IMG/VR virus record: IMGVR_UViG_3300028805_000039 | Coordinates: 191,852 to 239,565 of that record | DNA: 47,714 nucleotides | Strand: one strand, 5' to 3' | Source of the DNA: a virus | Lineage: Duplodnaviria; Heunggongvirae; Uroviricota; Caudoviricetes | The notes under the pieces: generated by a model | Seen by the model: the letters and a program-made list of their open reading frames with translations, nothing else | Databases searched by the model: none | Told to the model about the DNA's origin: nothing | In this document: positions 39,530 to 47,714 of the stretch, piece by piece | Layout: every line of letters starts with the position of its first letter | Position numbering within the stretch: the first letter of the stretch is position 1 | Made by a program: the position numbers and the translations under genes

Positions 39530-40420
39530 ATGAAAATTGGTCGCATGATTGGAATTAGTGTAGTTGTATTGCTTTTAGTTTTTGTTTTGCTTAATTCATT
39601 TACAATTGTTCAATCTGGTTTTACAGGAGTCCCTGTAACTTTTGGTAAAGTAGCAAATTATACAGTTGGCGAAGGTCCGCATTTCCATTCTCCATTTACT
39701 GATATTATCAAAATGGATAATCATGTCCAGAAACATACTATTACAATGAGTGCTTTTTCTAAGGACATTCAGGAAACTGCCGTTACTTATACTATTAACT
39801 ATAAAATTAGCGAAAATGATGCTATGACAATTTATCGTACAATTGGCAAAAATTACTTTGAAACAGTTATTTCCCCTAATATTAGTGAAGCGGTAAAAAC
39901 TGCCACAGCACATTATACAGCTGAAAGTTTGGTTAATAATCGTGATAAGTTGAGCCAGGAGATTGAAGTAATTTTAACTGATTTGCTCGAAAAGTATAAA
40001 ATTATTATCGTTGGTACTTCCATTGAAGATCTGGACTTCACTGATGCTTTCACAAATGCAGTTGAAGCAAAGCAGGTCGCAGCACAGAATAAATTGAAAG
40101 CACAGACCGAGCAGGAACAGCAAACAATGGAAGAGGAAGCAAAGGCAAAACGTGCTGTTATTCAAGCTAACGCAGAAGCAGAGCAGGCTAAAATCGCAGC
40201 AAATGCAGACCTTGAAGTAGTAAAAATTCAAGCTGAAGCAAGTCTTTATGCTGGCCAGCGAGAAGCTGAAATGAATCAGCGTATCGCAGAAGCTTTAACT
40301 CCACAGTTGATTAGTTATTATTGGATTAAACAATGGGATGGTGAGTTGCCTGATACTATGTTGGGTGATGGCACTGATATAATGCTCGCATTAGATACTG
40401 CTACTGGTGTTACAAAGTAA
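39530..40420 (+). CDS. SPFH/band-7 (prohibitin/stomatin-like) membrane protein
   Basis: N-terminal TM + ..IVQSGFTGVPVTFGKV..EGPHFHSPF.. + coiled-coil. Confidence 0.6.
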   Translation: MKIGRMIGISVVVLLLVFVLLNSFTIVQSGFTGVPVTFGKVANYTVGEGPHFHSPFTDIIKMDNHVQKHTITMSAFSKDIQETAVTYTINYKISENDAMTIYRTIGKNYFETVISPNISEAVKTATAHYTAESLVNNRDKLSQEIEVILTDLLEKYKIIIVGTSIEDLDFTDAFTNAVEAKQVAAQNKLKAQTEQEQQTMEEEAKAKRAVIQANAEAEQAKIAANADLEVVKIQAEASLYAGQREAEMNQRIAEALTPQLISYYWIKQWDGELPDTMLGDGTDIMLALDTATGVTK

Positions 40421-40431
40421 ATCTATATTTA

Positions 40432-40468
40432 TAAGAGAGGGGCGACCCTCTCTTATTTGATTTTTTAA
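40432..40468 (+). terminator. rho-independent terminator
   Basis: AGAGAGGGG-CGA-CCCTCTCT + T-rich. Confidence 0.7.
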
Positions 40469-40485
40469 AAAAAATATTATATAAT
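40457..40485 (+). promoter_or_regulatory. sigma70-like promoter copy 14
   Basis: TTGATT 40457-40462, TATAAT 40480-40485. Confidence 0.6.
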
Positions 40486-40647
40486 ATTTATAAGGGAAAG
40501 GGGACAAATATTATATAAATATTTTTAATACACCAGAAATTTAGTTATACATTTCAACATGGGCTTTTGGTACTATATGTGGATTAATATTTGCTTGGAC
40601 TATGGAAATAGAGAATCAAAAATATTTAAAAAATAAGGAAGAAAATA

Positions 40648-40914
40648 ATGATTGATATAATCCGATATCCTGATAAACCAATTTTAAAATATACTTGCTT
40701 ATGTTCTTTATGCGGCACTCAATGGATGTGTGATAAAGCCGACATAAAATGGAAAGATGATTTTTTTATTGGAACATGTCCTCTTTGTGGATTTCATAAT
40801 TATTGTTATAATTATGAAAAAGAAAAAAGATGGACTGATTTTCAATATTATAATGGCTCTTATGAAATTCCTATATTAAATAGAGAGAGGACTGAAAATA
40901 GTGACTATTGCTGA
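40648..40914 (+). CDS. Cys-rich hypothetical protein
   Basis: track ORF. Confidence 0.4.
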   Translation: MIDIIRYPDKPILKYTCLCSLCGTQWMCDKADIKWKDDFFIGTCPLCGFHNYCYNYEKEKRWTDFQYYNGSYEIPILNRERTENSDYC

Positions 40915-41365
40915 ATGTCAAGTTGAGACACAAAAGCATATTGAAAAAGTAAGAAAATATATTCGTTTTCTTACTGATAAATTAACTACTCGTGGAGTAA
41001 ATCATGATGCAGCAAAATTAAAATCACCAGAAGTGGAATTATTTGCTGAACATACTGAAAAATTAAAAAATCTTGAATATAATAGTGAAGAGTATAAAGC
41101 AAGTTTAGCAGCGTTAAAACCAGCATTAGATCATCATTATGCTGCATATCGTCATCATCCAGAGCATTTCTCCAATGGAATTAATGATATGAATCTTGTT
41201 GATTTATGCGAAATGATTGCTGATTGGAAGGCTGCTAGTGAAAGACAGAATAGTGGAAATTTAATTAAAAGTATTGAAATAAATGCCGATAGATTTCATA
41301 TTGATGCTCAATTAAAACAAATCTTATTAAATACAGCAAAATTATATGATGAAGAGGAAAAATAA
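40901..41365 (+). CDS. His-rich hypothetical protein (possible metal-dependent hydrolase)
   Basis: NHDAAKL, HHYAAYRHHPEHF. Confidence 0.3.
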   Translation: MTIAECQVETQKHIEKVRKYIRFLTDKLTTRGVNHDAAKLKSPEVELFAEHTEKLKNLEYNSEEYKASLAALKPALDHHYAAYRHHPEHFSNGINDMNLVDLCEMIADWKAASERQNSGNLIKSIEINADRFHIDAQLKQILLNTAKLYDEEEK

Positions 41366-41483
41366 ATGAATATTATTAGTATGGTTTTTATTGGACTTAT
41401 GATAATTTTAATTATTGGAGCAAGTATTAATAATAGTGATTAAAAAAATATTGTAACTTAAATAAGTTACAATATTTTTTTAA

Positions 41484-41512
41484 TTGAAATTTATAAAAAA
41501 ATATTATATAAT
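41484..41512 (+). promoter_or_regulatory. sigma70-like promoter copy 15
   Basis: TTGAAA 41484-41489, TATAAT 41507-41512. Confidence 0.7.
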
Positions 41513-41544
41513 ATTTATAGAAAATAAAAAGGATTGGTTTAATT

Positions 41545-41754
41545 ATGTTTAATTTTATTAAAAAATTATATCTATTTATTGCTAAAATATTTGCAGGAAT
41601 GTTAGGTGGTATAGGAGTAATACTTGGCCTTTATTATCCTTTATTTTTATTTATGGGGCCTGATTCTGTTTTCCCATATTTAATGGGAGGTATCGGCGGA
41701 GTAGTTTATGCTATTGGATTTTTAGACAAACTTTTAAATGGAGATTTTAAATGA
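41545..41754 (+). CDS. small membrane protein
   Basis: track ORF. Confidence 0.4.
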   Translation: MFNFIKKLYLFIAKIFAGMLGGIGVILGLYYPLFLFMGPDSVFPYLMGGIGGVVYAIGFLDKLLNGDFK

Positions 41755-41927
41755 ATAGTAATATTTGGTTTATTATTTGTGATATTTGGCTTATTATTTT
41801 CAATACTTATTTTGTAATTAATAAGACAGGCCATTGGCAATTTAATCTTGCTGCTGCTATCTGTTTAACTATTTCTGCTAGTATTTTAGCAGTCCAAGAA
41901 ATAAAAAGAAGAAAGGATAAAAGATAA
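41751..41927 (+). CDS. small membrane protein (58 aa)
   Basis: ATG 41751, TAA 41925-41927, overlaps next start (TAATG). Confidence 0.35.
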   Translation: MNSNIWFIICDIWLIIFNTYFVINKTGHWQFNLAAAICLTISASILAVQEIKRRKDKR

Positions 41928-42718
41928 TGCCAGTTCATGATGAATTAGGAAAAAGAATGAAAAGATATGAAGCAATTTCTCAAATTAGTTTAATGCGGCG
42001 AACTCCTGTTGCTATTCGTATTGATGGAAAAGCTTTCCATACTTTTACTAAACATTTACGGAAACCTTATGATAAACTTTTCCATGAAGCAATGGAAAAT
42101 ACTATGAAATATCTTTGTGAGAATATCCAAAACTGTGTATTTGGATATACACAATCTGATGAAATTACTCTTATTCTTACCGATTATGAAACTTTAAATA
42201 CAGACGCTTGGTTTGGTTATGAAGTTCAAAAACTTTGTTCTATTAGTGCAAGTATGGCAACTATGAAATTTAATCAAGAATTTCAAAGACTAGCTGAAGA
42301 TTATATTTGGGAATGGAGCCATGATATGGTTCCACAATCTGTTGGACTATGGGAAAAAGAAAAAACATATCATACTCATTTAAAAGATTGCATCGCACGA
42401 GGGGCAATGTTTGATGCTCGTTGTTTTAACATTCCAAAAGAAGAAGTAGTAAATCTTGTTCTTTGGCGGCAATTTGATGCGGAACGCAATTCTATTAACT
42501 CTATGGGGCAAAGTTATTTTTCTCATAAGGAACTTCAAAATAAGAATTGCGGCGAAATTATTAAAATGCTCGAAGATAAAGGTGTCTTTTGGAATAATCA
42601 TTCTAATGCTTTTAAGCATGGGGTTGCTTGTATAAATAATGGCGATGGTTGGGAATTAGATTATAATATGCCAATGCTTAAAGGAGAAGACAGATATTAT
42701 TTAGAGAGGTTTGTATGA
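41927..42718 (+). CDS. Thg1-like 3'-5' RNA polymerase (tRNA-His guanylyltransferase family)
   Basis: ..VAIRIDGKAFHTFTKHLRKPYD...VFGYTQSDEITLIL.. matches Thg1 ..VRLDGRNFHRF...AYGQSDEYSFVF.. Confidence 0.7.
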   Translation: MPVHDELGKRMKRYEAISQISLMRRTPVAIRIDGKAFHTFTKHLRKPYDKLFHEAMENTMKYLCENIQNCVFGYTQSDEITLILTDYETLNTDAWFGYEVQKLCSISASMATMKFNQEFQRLAEDYIWEWSHDMVPQSVGLWEKEKTYHTHLKDCIARGAMFDARCFNIPKEEVVNLVLWRQFDAERNSINSMGQSYFSHKELQNKNCGEIIKMLEDKGVFWNNHSNAFKHGVACINNGDGWELDYNMPMLKGEDRYYLERFV

Positions 42719-43188
42719 GTGAAAAGCATAAGGTAATATATGATAGAGAAAGTGATCAGTATTATCAGCGTAGACGAGTGGGAAATCAAACTATTGAATT
42801 AGGAATGAATTGTACTGATTGGATTGAAGAGAATAAAGAATCTTGGTGGAATATCTTTCTAACAATCTATAATAAACGTAAAGATGCCTTTACAAATATG
42901 GATAAAAAGGTTATAACAGGTCAAAATCCATTTGCTACTTTTGCGACTGCACGCGATATGTTCTATGATGTAGAGGCTGAAGTTTTAAAGAGAGAATTAG
43001 AGTACGGTCATAGCAATAAAGTAGTAATTTTCTGCACTTGGGTAGACAATAGAAGACGTGATGCTTATTATCGTGTACTTAATAAACATGGATATGACTG
43101 GGGAAAGTGTAGTGGTGGAAAATGTATCATGAAAACTTTTACTAGAGATAATTTAGCTAAAGAAATAATTGAAGAGGACTCAAAATAA
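42715..43188 (+). CDS. hypothetical protein
   Basis: track ORF. Confidence 0.4.
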   Translation: MSEKHKVIYDRESDQYYQRRRVGNQTIELGMNCTDWIEENKESWWNIFLTIYNKRKDAFTNMDKKVITGQNPFATFATARDMFYDVEAEVLKRELEYGHSNKVVIFCTWVDNRRRDAYYRVLNKHGYDWGKCSGGKCIMKTFTRDNLAKEIIEEDSK

Positions 43189-44057
43189 TGAAATATCAAG
43201 AAATTTCTAATTGTTTTACTTATAAATATGCTTATTGTCAAACTGAAAAAGATAATTTAATTCTTCATAAAGTAGAAGAGCATTTAGCAGAAGTAATTGA
43301 TAATGGTTATTTTGATCTAAAAAGTATTTTTTTTATCGCACTTGAGGGTAGCCAAAATTATGAATTAGATTTGCCGAATAGTGATATTGATACTAAATTA
43401 ATTGTTCTTCCTAATTTTGAAGATTTTGTACTAAATAATAAACCAGTTAGTACAACACATATCCGAAAAAATGGAGAGCATATTAGTTTTACCGATGTTA
43501 GAAATTATTTTTCCTCTTTGAGAAAACAGAATATTAATTTTGTTGAGACACTATTTTCTCCTTGGATTATTGTAAATAAAATATATGAAGAAGAATTTAA
43601 AGCTCTTTACAAAAATCGAGAATTAATAGCACGATATAATCCTGTCAAAGCTGTTAAAACTATTGGCGGAATTGCGACTGATAGATATAAAGCAATTTAT
43701 AATCTCAATTCTAAAAGAGTTGATGTCATTAAACAGTATGGCTATGATGGAAAGGCAATTAGTCATCTTTGCCGTCTTACTCAATTTTTATATGATTATA
43801 CAAGTGAGTGCAAATATAGAGTATGTATGGTTCCTCTCTATAAACAATTAATTCTTGATTTAAAACAAAATAAAATTAACCCAGCTAGAGCAAAAAATAT
43901 TGCAGAAGCAGAATATGAGACAATTCAAAGAATTGTTGATAATTATACAAAACAACATGAAGAAACTATAAATGAAGAAGCTGAAAATCTTCTTACTTAT
44001 TTACAATTTAGTCTCGTGCAAGCATCTTTTTTGGCTGACTGTGCGGCACAGGGTTGA
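43188..44057 (+). CDS. Pol-beta-superfamily nucleotidyltransferase
   Basis: ..LEGSQNYELDLPNSDIDTKLIV.. (GS..SD.D). Confidence 0.5.
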   Translation: MKYQEISNCFTYKYAYCQTEKDNLILHKVEEHLAEVIDNGYFDLKSIFFIALEGSQNYELDLPNSDIDTKLIVLPNFEDFVLNNKPVSTTHIRKNGEHISFTDVRNYFSSLRKQNINFVETLFSPWIIVNKIYEEEFKALYKNRELIARYNPVKAVKTIGGIATDRYKAIYNLNSKRVDVIKQYGYDGKAISHLCRLTQFLYDYTSECKYRVCMVPLYKQLILDLKQNKINPARAKNIAEAEYETIQRIVDNYTKQHEETINEEAENLLTYLQFSLVQASFLADCAAQG

Positions 44058-44076
44058 TACATCCGCATCTCAAATT

Positions 44077-44116
44077 AAAAAGTCGTTTGGAATTTTTCAA
44101 ACGACTTTTTTTCTTT
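44077..44116 (+). terminator. rho-independent terminator
   Basis: AAAAGTCGTTTG / CAAACGACTTTT + T-run. Confidence 0.75.
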
Positions 44117-44119
44117 TAG

Positions 44120-44148
44120 TTGAAAATATTAAAAAAATATTATATAAT
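44120..44148 (+). promoter_or_regulatory. sigma70-like promoter copy 16
   Basis: TTGAAA 44120-44125, TATAAT 44143-44148. Confidence 0.7.
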
Positions 44149-44181
44149 ATATATGTAAAAAATAAAAAAGGAATGAAATAA

Positions 44182-44541
44182 ATGATATTTAATAAAAATC
44201 ATCCAGACTTTGAATTTAATGATGTATATTTTCTTTATCTTATTGATAATCATTACGATTTTGATGAAGAAGATATTAAAATGTTTATTGAATGTTGCGA
44301 AATTGATCGTATTCCACGAGAACTTCGCCGTTGGACAAGGCAGATTGATAGTATTTGCGAAGTTAAAGATAGATATTTTATCGTAAGTTGGGACGAGGGG
44401 CTTACTGAATATCAAGAAAATATATATGATGATAGTACTATTACAGAAGTAACTCCTATTGAAACAACAAAACGAATTATTGTCACTCAATGGCGAGATA
44501 AAGAAAATAATATAGTTTGCGAGACGATAAATGATGAATAA
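44182..44541 (+). CDS. hypothetical protein
   Basis: track ORF. Confidence 0.45.
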   Translation: MIFNKNHPDFEFNDVYFLYLIDNHYDFDEEDIKMFIECCEIDRIPRELRRWTRQIDSICEVKDRYFIVSWDEGLTEYQENIYDDSTITEVTPIETTKRIIVTQWRDKENNIVCETINDE

Positions 44542-44734
44542 TTTAGATAGACTTATAGCGGCAATTCAATGTCCTGAATGGAAATAGAGCGTATGTAAGG
44601 CTTGCCCTTATGATTATTAGATTGAATTAACTGATGAAGAAGATAGACCTCGACATAGTTATTATGATTGTAATAGAGTTAAAATGTTAGATGATGCTCT
44701 ATTCTATTTAGAAGAATTAAAAAGGAGAATCTAA
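44531..44734 (+). CDS. small Cys-rich protein (paralog of 44735..44950), 2 in-frame TAG
   Basis: MMNNLDRLIAAIQCPEWK*SVCKACPYDY*IELTDEED...; TAA 44732-44734. Confidence 0.4.
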
Positions 44735-44950
44735 ATGAATAATTTAGATAATGTAATTACAGCATATGAATGTTGGAATGGTCCATATGAAAAAGATAAA
44801 TGTGACCATTGCCCTTATGGTTATTCATATCTTGATGATAGTGGAGATGGCCGTCCTTTTTATACTTGCAAAGAAGAAAGATTAACAGATGATATGTATT
44901 TTTGGTTAAAAATATATCAACATCTTGTTCAGCAAGGAGACACTAGATGA
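44735..44950 (+). CDS. small Cys-rich protein
   Basis: track ORF. Confidence 0.45.
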   Translation: MNNLDNVITAYECWNGPYEKDKCDHCPYGYSYLDDSGDGRPFYTCKEERLTDDMYFWLKIYQHLVQQGDTR

Positions 44951-45339
44951 AATATATAATTGCTGGTGGCCGTGATTTTAATAATCGTAATATTTTATAT
45001 GCTGTGATGAACACTGTTAAAAAATATGGCCCATCCGTAAATAAACCCATTACAGAAATTATAACAGGTGATGCCAGAGGGGCAGACACATTAGGAGCCG
45101 AATGGGCTAATATAAATGGAATTAAACTTACTCACTTTCCAGCAAAATGGGAAATATATGGGAAATCTGCCGGTTTTATTCGTAATGCTGATATGGGGAC
45201 ATATGCTGATGCTGCCATCATTTTTTGGGATGGGGAAAGTAAAGGCACTAAGCATATGATCCAAACAATGAAAAAACTTGGAAAACCATATAGTGTATTT
45301 AATTATAAAGGAGAATTAATTGAATCTAATGGAATTTGA
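44947..45339 (+). CDS. SLOG-family (DUF2493/YspA-like) Rossmann-fold protein
   Basis: ..IAGGRDF..GDARGADTLGAEWA.. Confidence 0.45.
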   Translation: MKYIIAGGRDFNNRNILYAVMNTVKKYGPSVNKPITEIITGDARGADTLGAEWANINGIKLTHFPAKWEIYGKSAGFIRNADMGTYADAAIIFWDGESKGTKHMIQTMKKLGKPYSVFNYKGELIESNGI

Positions 45340-45349
45340 AGTTTTTATT

Positions 45350-45481
45350 ATGCCTTGCGGTTTTGCTTTTTTTGCTGGTTTTTGTTTTGGAAGTTGTTTT
45401 CGTAAAGATGATTATAGTTTTACTATGTTTTACCCAGGGATGTTTGCTTTATTTGGAATGATTATGGAAATAATAAAATGA
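45350..45481 (+). CDS. small membrane peptide (43 aa)
   Basis: MPCGFAFFAGFCFGSCF.. Confidence 0.3.
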   Translation: MPCGFAFFAGFCFGSCFRKDDYSFTMFYPGMFALFGMIMEIIK

Positions 45482-45645
45482 ATAAATATGTAGAAGAAAT
45501 TTTAAAATATGAAGCAGCAAATAAAAATAAACCATTTGATTTAGCATTAATTCCAGAAGATGTTCGTGAATATGTCATTTGGATGTTAAGAAAAGAGTAC
45601 ATAAAACAAATATATAAAAGGGATGATACTAATGATAACGGCTAA
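45478..45645 (+). CDS. small hypothetical protein (55 aa)
   Basis: ATGA overlap with previous. Confidence 0.3.
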   Translation: MNKYVEEILKYEAANKNKPFDLALIPEDVREYVIWMLRKEYIKQIYKRDDTNDNG

Positions 45646-45922
45646 AGAAGCAAAAAAAATAACAGAGACTCGTCAAATAAAAATTATTAAAGAAAAATTA
45701 AAATCTAATGAAAAACTTTTAAAAGCCATTGAAGATAGAATTAAAATTGCTGCTAGTATTGATGGTTGGAATTCAATATATTTTTATTTCGCAGAAAAAT
45801 ATCATTCAACTATAGGCGATATGGTATTTATTGAACACTATTTAAAAGAATATTGTGGATTTAAAACTAAATTATTTAAAGATGAAAGAAACGCTTGGTA
45901 TCTTGAAATATCTTGGAGGTGA
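45623..45922 (+). CDS. hypothetical protein
   Basis: track ORF. Confidence 0.45.
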   Translation: MILMITAKEAKKITETRQIKIIKEKLKSNEKLLKAIEDRIKIAASIDGWNSIYFYFAEKYHSTIGDMVFIEHYLKEYCGFKTKLFKDERNAWYLEISWR

Positions 45923-46800
45923 TTAATAAAATGGGCATGATTCGTAATCAAAATTTTAAAAATTGGTTGGTGCATGGAGATTGCCATGGCCAGTTTAATT
46001 GGATGACCAATGGTAGTTTAAATGATTATATTCCTCATGAAACTGCGATTATTATTCTAGGTGATGCTGGATTTAACTTCTACCTTAATAAAACCGAAGC
46101 TAAACATAATAAGGAAATTAACGACCGTGGTTATACTTTTTATGTAGTTCGTGGGAATCATGAGGCACGTCCACAAGATTTACCAGAAATGAGTAAAGTA
46201 TATGATTGTAATGTTCATGGATTTATTTATTATAATCCTAATCTTCCCAATATTCGTTATTTCAAAGATTATGGAGATTATGTAATTGGACTTTATTATT
46301 GTTATGTAATTGGCGGAGCGTACTCTGTTGATAAATGGTATCGTCTTGGTAGATTAAATATGACAGAAGAAACTAATATTCCTACTAAATCTGGTTGGTT
46401 TGCAGATGAACAGTTAACTAAAGACGAAATGGCAGAAGCAGAACGAGAAATTGATATAATATTGACAAAAGGGCTTCCAAAGAAATTTGATTTTATCCTT
46501 TCTCATACCTGTCCTTATTCTTTACAGCCGACAGATATGTTCTTGTCTGGAATAGACCAGTCAAAAGTAGATAATAGTATGGAACTTTGGATGGATAAAA
46601 TTTATCAAAAAAATCGTGGTAAAACTATTTGGCTTTGGGGACATTTTCACCGTGATAGTATTGAAGCACCACGATGTGAAATGTTTTATAATGATTTAAA
46701 TAGCTTTAAAGAGATTAAAGAACGTTGGAATAGATATGATGAAACTGGTGAATTAGATTGGTATCTTGTAAAAAGTCCATTTTTTGAGGAGCGTGCGTAA
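45913..46800 (+). CDS. calcineurin-like metallophosphoesterase (second copy; lambda-phosphatase-like)
   Basis: HGDCHGQF, ILGDAGFN, VRGNHEA, GHFH motifs. Confidence 0.6.
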   Translation: MEVINKMGMIRNQNFKNWLVHGDCHGQFNWMTNGSLNDYIPHETAIIILGDAGFNFYLNKTEAKHNKEINDRGYTFYVVRGNHEARPQDLPEMSKVYDCNVHGFIYYNPNLPNIRYFKDYGDYVIGLYYCYVIGGAYSVDKWYRLGRLNMTEETNIPTKSGWFADEQLTKDEMAEAEREIDIILTKGLPKKFDFILSHTCPYSLQPTDMFLSGIDQSKVDNSMELWMDKIYQKNRGKTIWLWGHFHRDSIEAPRCEMFYNDLNSFKEIKERWNRYDETGELDWYLVKSPFFEERA

Positions 46801-46802
46801 TT

Positions 46803-46973
46803 ATGTTTGGAATGATTTTATCTATTTTTATAGCTTTCTTTTTAATCTATGTTACTTTTTCTATCTTTTTTGACAAACGAATTAGTGATTATCCAAGACT
46901 TGGTATTTTTTTATGTTCTTTAGGCTTCACAATTTTTTATATTATAAAATGGATGCCAACTTTTTGGGGGTAA
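46803..46973 (+). CDS. small membrane protein
   Basis: hydrophobic 56 aa. Confidence 0.35.
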   Translation: MFGMILSIFIAFFLIYVTFSIFFDKRISDYPRLGIFLCSLGFTIFYIIKWMPTFWG

Positions 46974-46976
46974 AAA

Positions 46977-47351
46977 ATGACAATTTTAAATACTTTTCCT
47001 ACTGAAATTACAACTGGGACAGCATATTATTTTACTTGGTCAATTGCTTGTTGGATTGGAGTTATAACAGTAGCAATTATTATTGGTTTAGCGGTTATAG
47101 CCATAAAAGAAGGTTTTGAATATAGTGAAGGATTAGTAATTTTATTAGGTATTACTCTTATTACTTTAGCAGCAGTTATTTTATTTGCATTAATTCTACC
47201 TCATGAGGTTACAACTACTGTTAATACATATGAAGTTGTAATGGATGAAACAGTAAGTTTTAATGAAATTATAGATAAATATAATTTTATTGAAAAACGT
47301 GGAGATATTTATGTATTACAAGATAAACTTCCAGAAGGAGAAAAAGAATAA
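46977..47351 (+). CDS. membrane protein (paralog of next)
   Basis: track ORF. Confidence 0.45.
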   Translation: MTILNTFPTEITTGTAYYFTWSIACWIGVITVAIIIGLAVIAIKEGFEYSEGLVILLGITLITLAAVILFALILPHEVTTTVNTYEVVMDETVSFNEIIDKYNFIEKRGDIYVLQDKLPEGEKE

Positions 47352-47714
47352 ATGGATGGTATAACAATTCTTAGTACAGGAACAAAAGTTATGGATATGG
47401 GTGAAGAATTTTATTTTTCTCCTAATTTCTCAAGTTTTTTTGGCTTAGCTGTTATTATTGCATTGGTAGTAGGATGTTGTTTATTTATTGTATATGGAAT
47501 AAAAGAAAAAGATGAAATTATTTTTATTGGAGTAGGGTTCTGTCTTATACTTATTTTAATAGTTACAGACTTAACTTTTGATCACCAAATAACAAAAACA
47601 ATTCCTGAATATAAAGTAACAATAGATAAAAATGTTAGTCTTGTTGAATTTTATGATAAATATACAGTTTTAGAACAAGATGGTTTGATTTTCACTATCA
47701 TAGATAAAGATTGG
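47352..47714 (+). CDS. membrane protein, 3'-partial (paralog of 46977..47351)
   Basis: ATG 47352, runs off window. Confidence 0.4.
   Translation, partial: MDGITILSTGTKVMDMGEEFYFSPNFSSFFGLAVIIALVVGCCLFIVYGIKEKDEIIFIGVGFCLILILIVTDLTFDHQITKTIPEYKVTIDKNVSLVEFYDKYTVLEQDGLIFTIIDKDW

Overview
This 47.7 kb window reads as part of a large, very AT-rich genome of a virulent tailed phage. Genes are tightly packed and there are at least 14 tRNA genes. A sigma70-type promoter (TTGAAA/TTGACT - exactly 17 bp - TATAAT, embedded in a longer conserved block '..AAAAAATATTATATAATATATATGTAA') recurs at least 16 times. Rho-independent terminators are clear, and a convergent late/structural module runs from about 17 to 31.5 kb.

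The main finding is that TAG is a sense codon here. In-frame TAG codons interrupt clearly conserved genes: a Dam-type and a gamma-class N6-adenine methyltransferase (one TAG 15 codons upstream of the DLCCGTGNL motif), dUTPase, a RuvC-like resolvase, a GT2 glycosyltransferase, and the tail-fiber/BspA-type LRR proteins. Those genes still end at TAA or TGA, and a tRNA with a CUA anticodon (amber-suppressor type) is encoded at 9916-9990. TAG usage is heavy in the late and structural genes. Several early genes, including both DNA methyltransferases, dUTPase, the RuvC-like resolvase and small proteins such as 9155..9427, also carry TAG. Other early genes lack it, among them the AAA+ ATPase, the Ro60/vWA-like protein and the RNA-repair genes. 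Sequence context such as 'YYQQ*P' and 'L*QQA*' points to Gln (code-15-like), but that is inference.

Other items worth noting:
- tRNA-Gln(UUG) is split exactly in its anticodon by an 83-nt insert that is itself a tRNA-like gene carrying CCA.
- tRNA-Leu(UAA) carries a ~375-nt group-I-like intron between U34 and A35.
- An ~870-nt ORF-free, GC-enriched region next to tRNAs (8210-9080) is a candidate large structured ncRNA.
- Small tRNA-like structured elements share a 5' AAGACAC..CAGCAA motif and lie near a Ro60/TROVE-vWA-like protein gene, which suggests a Y-RNA-like family.
- An RNA/tRNA repair gene set is present: Pnk-like kinase, two metallophosphoesterases, an RNA ligase, a Thg1-like 3'-5' polymerase, and a Pol-beta-type nucleotidyltransferase.
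- A putative MmeI-like Type IIG restriction-modification enzyme is split across two frames.

All coordinates were derived by hand (no tools) and are approximate to a few nt. Gene products are assigned from motifs I recognise in the translations.
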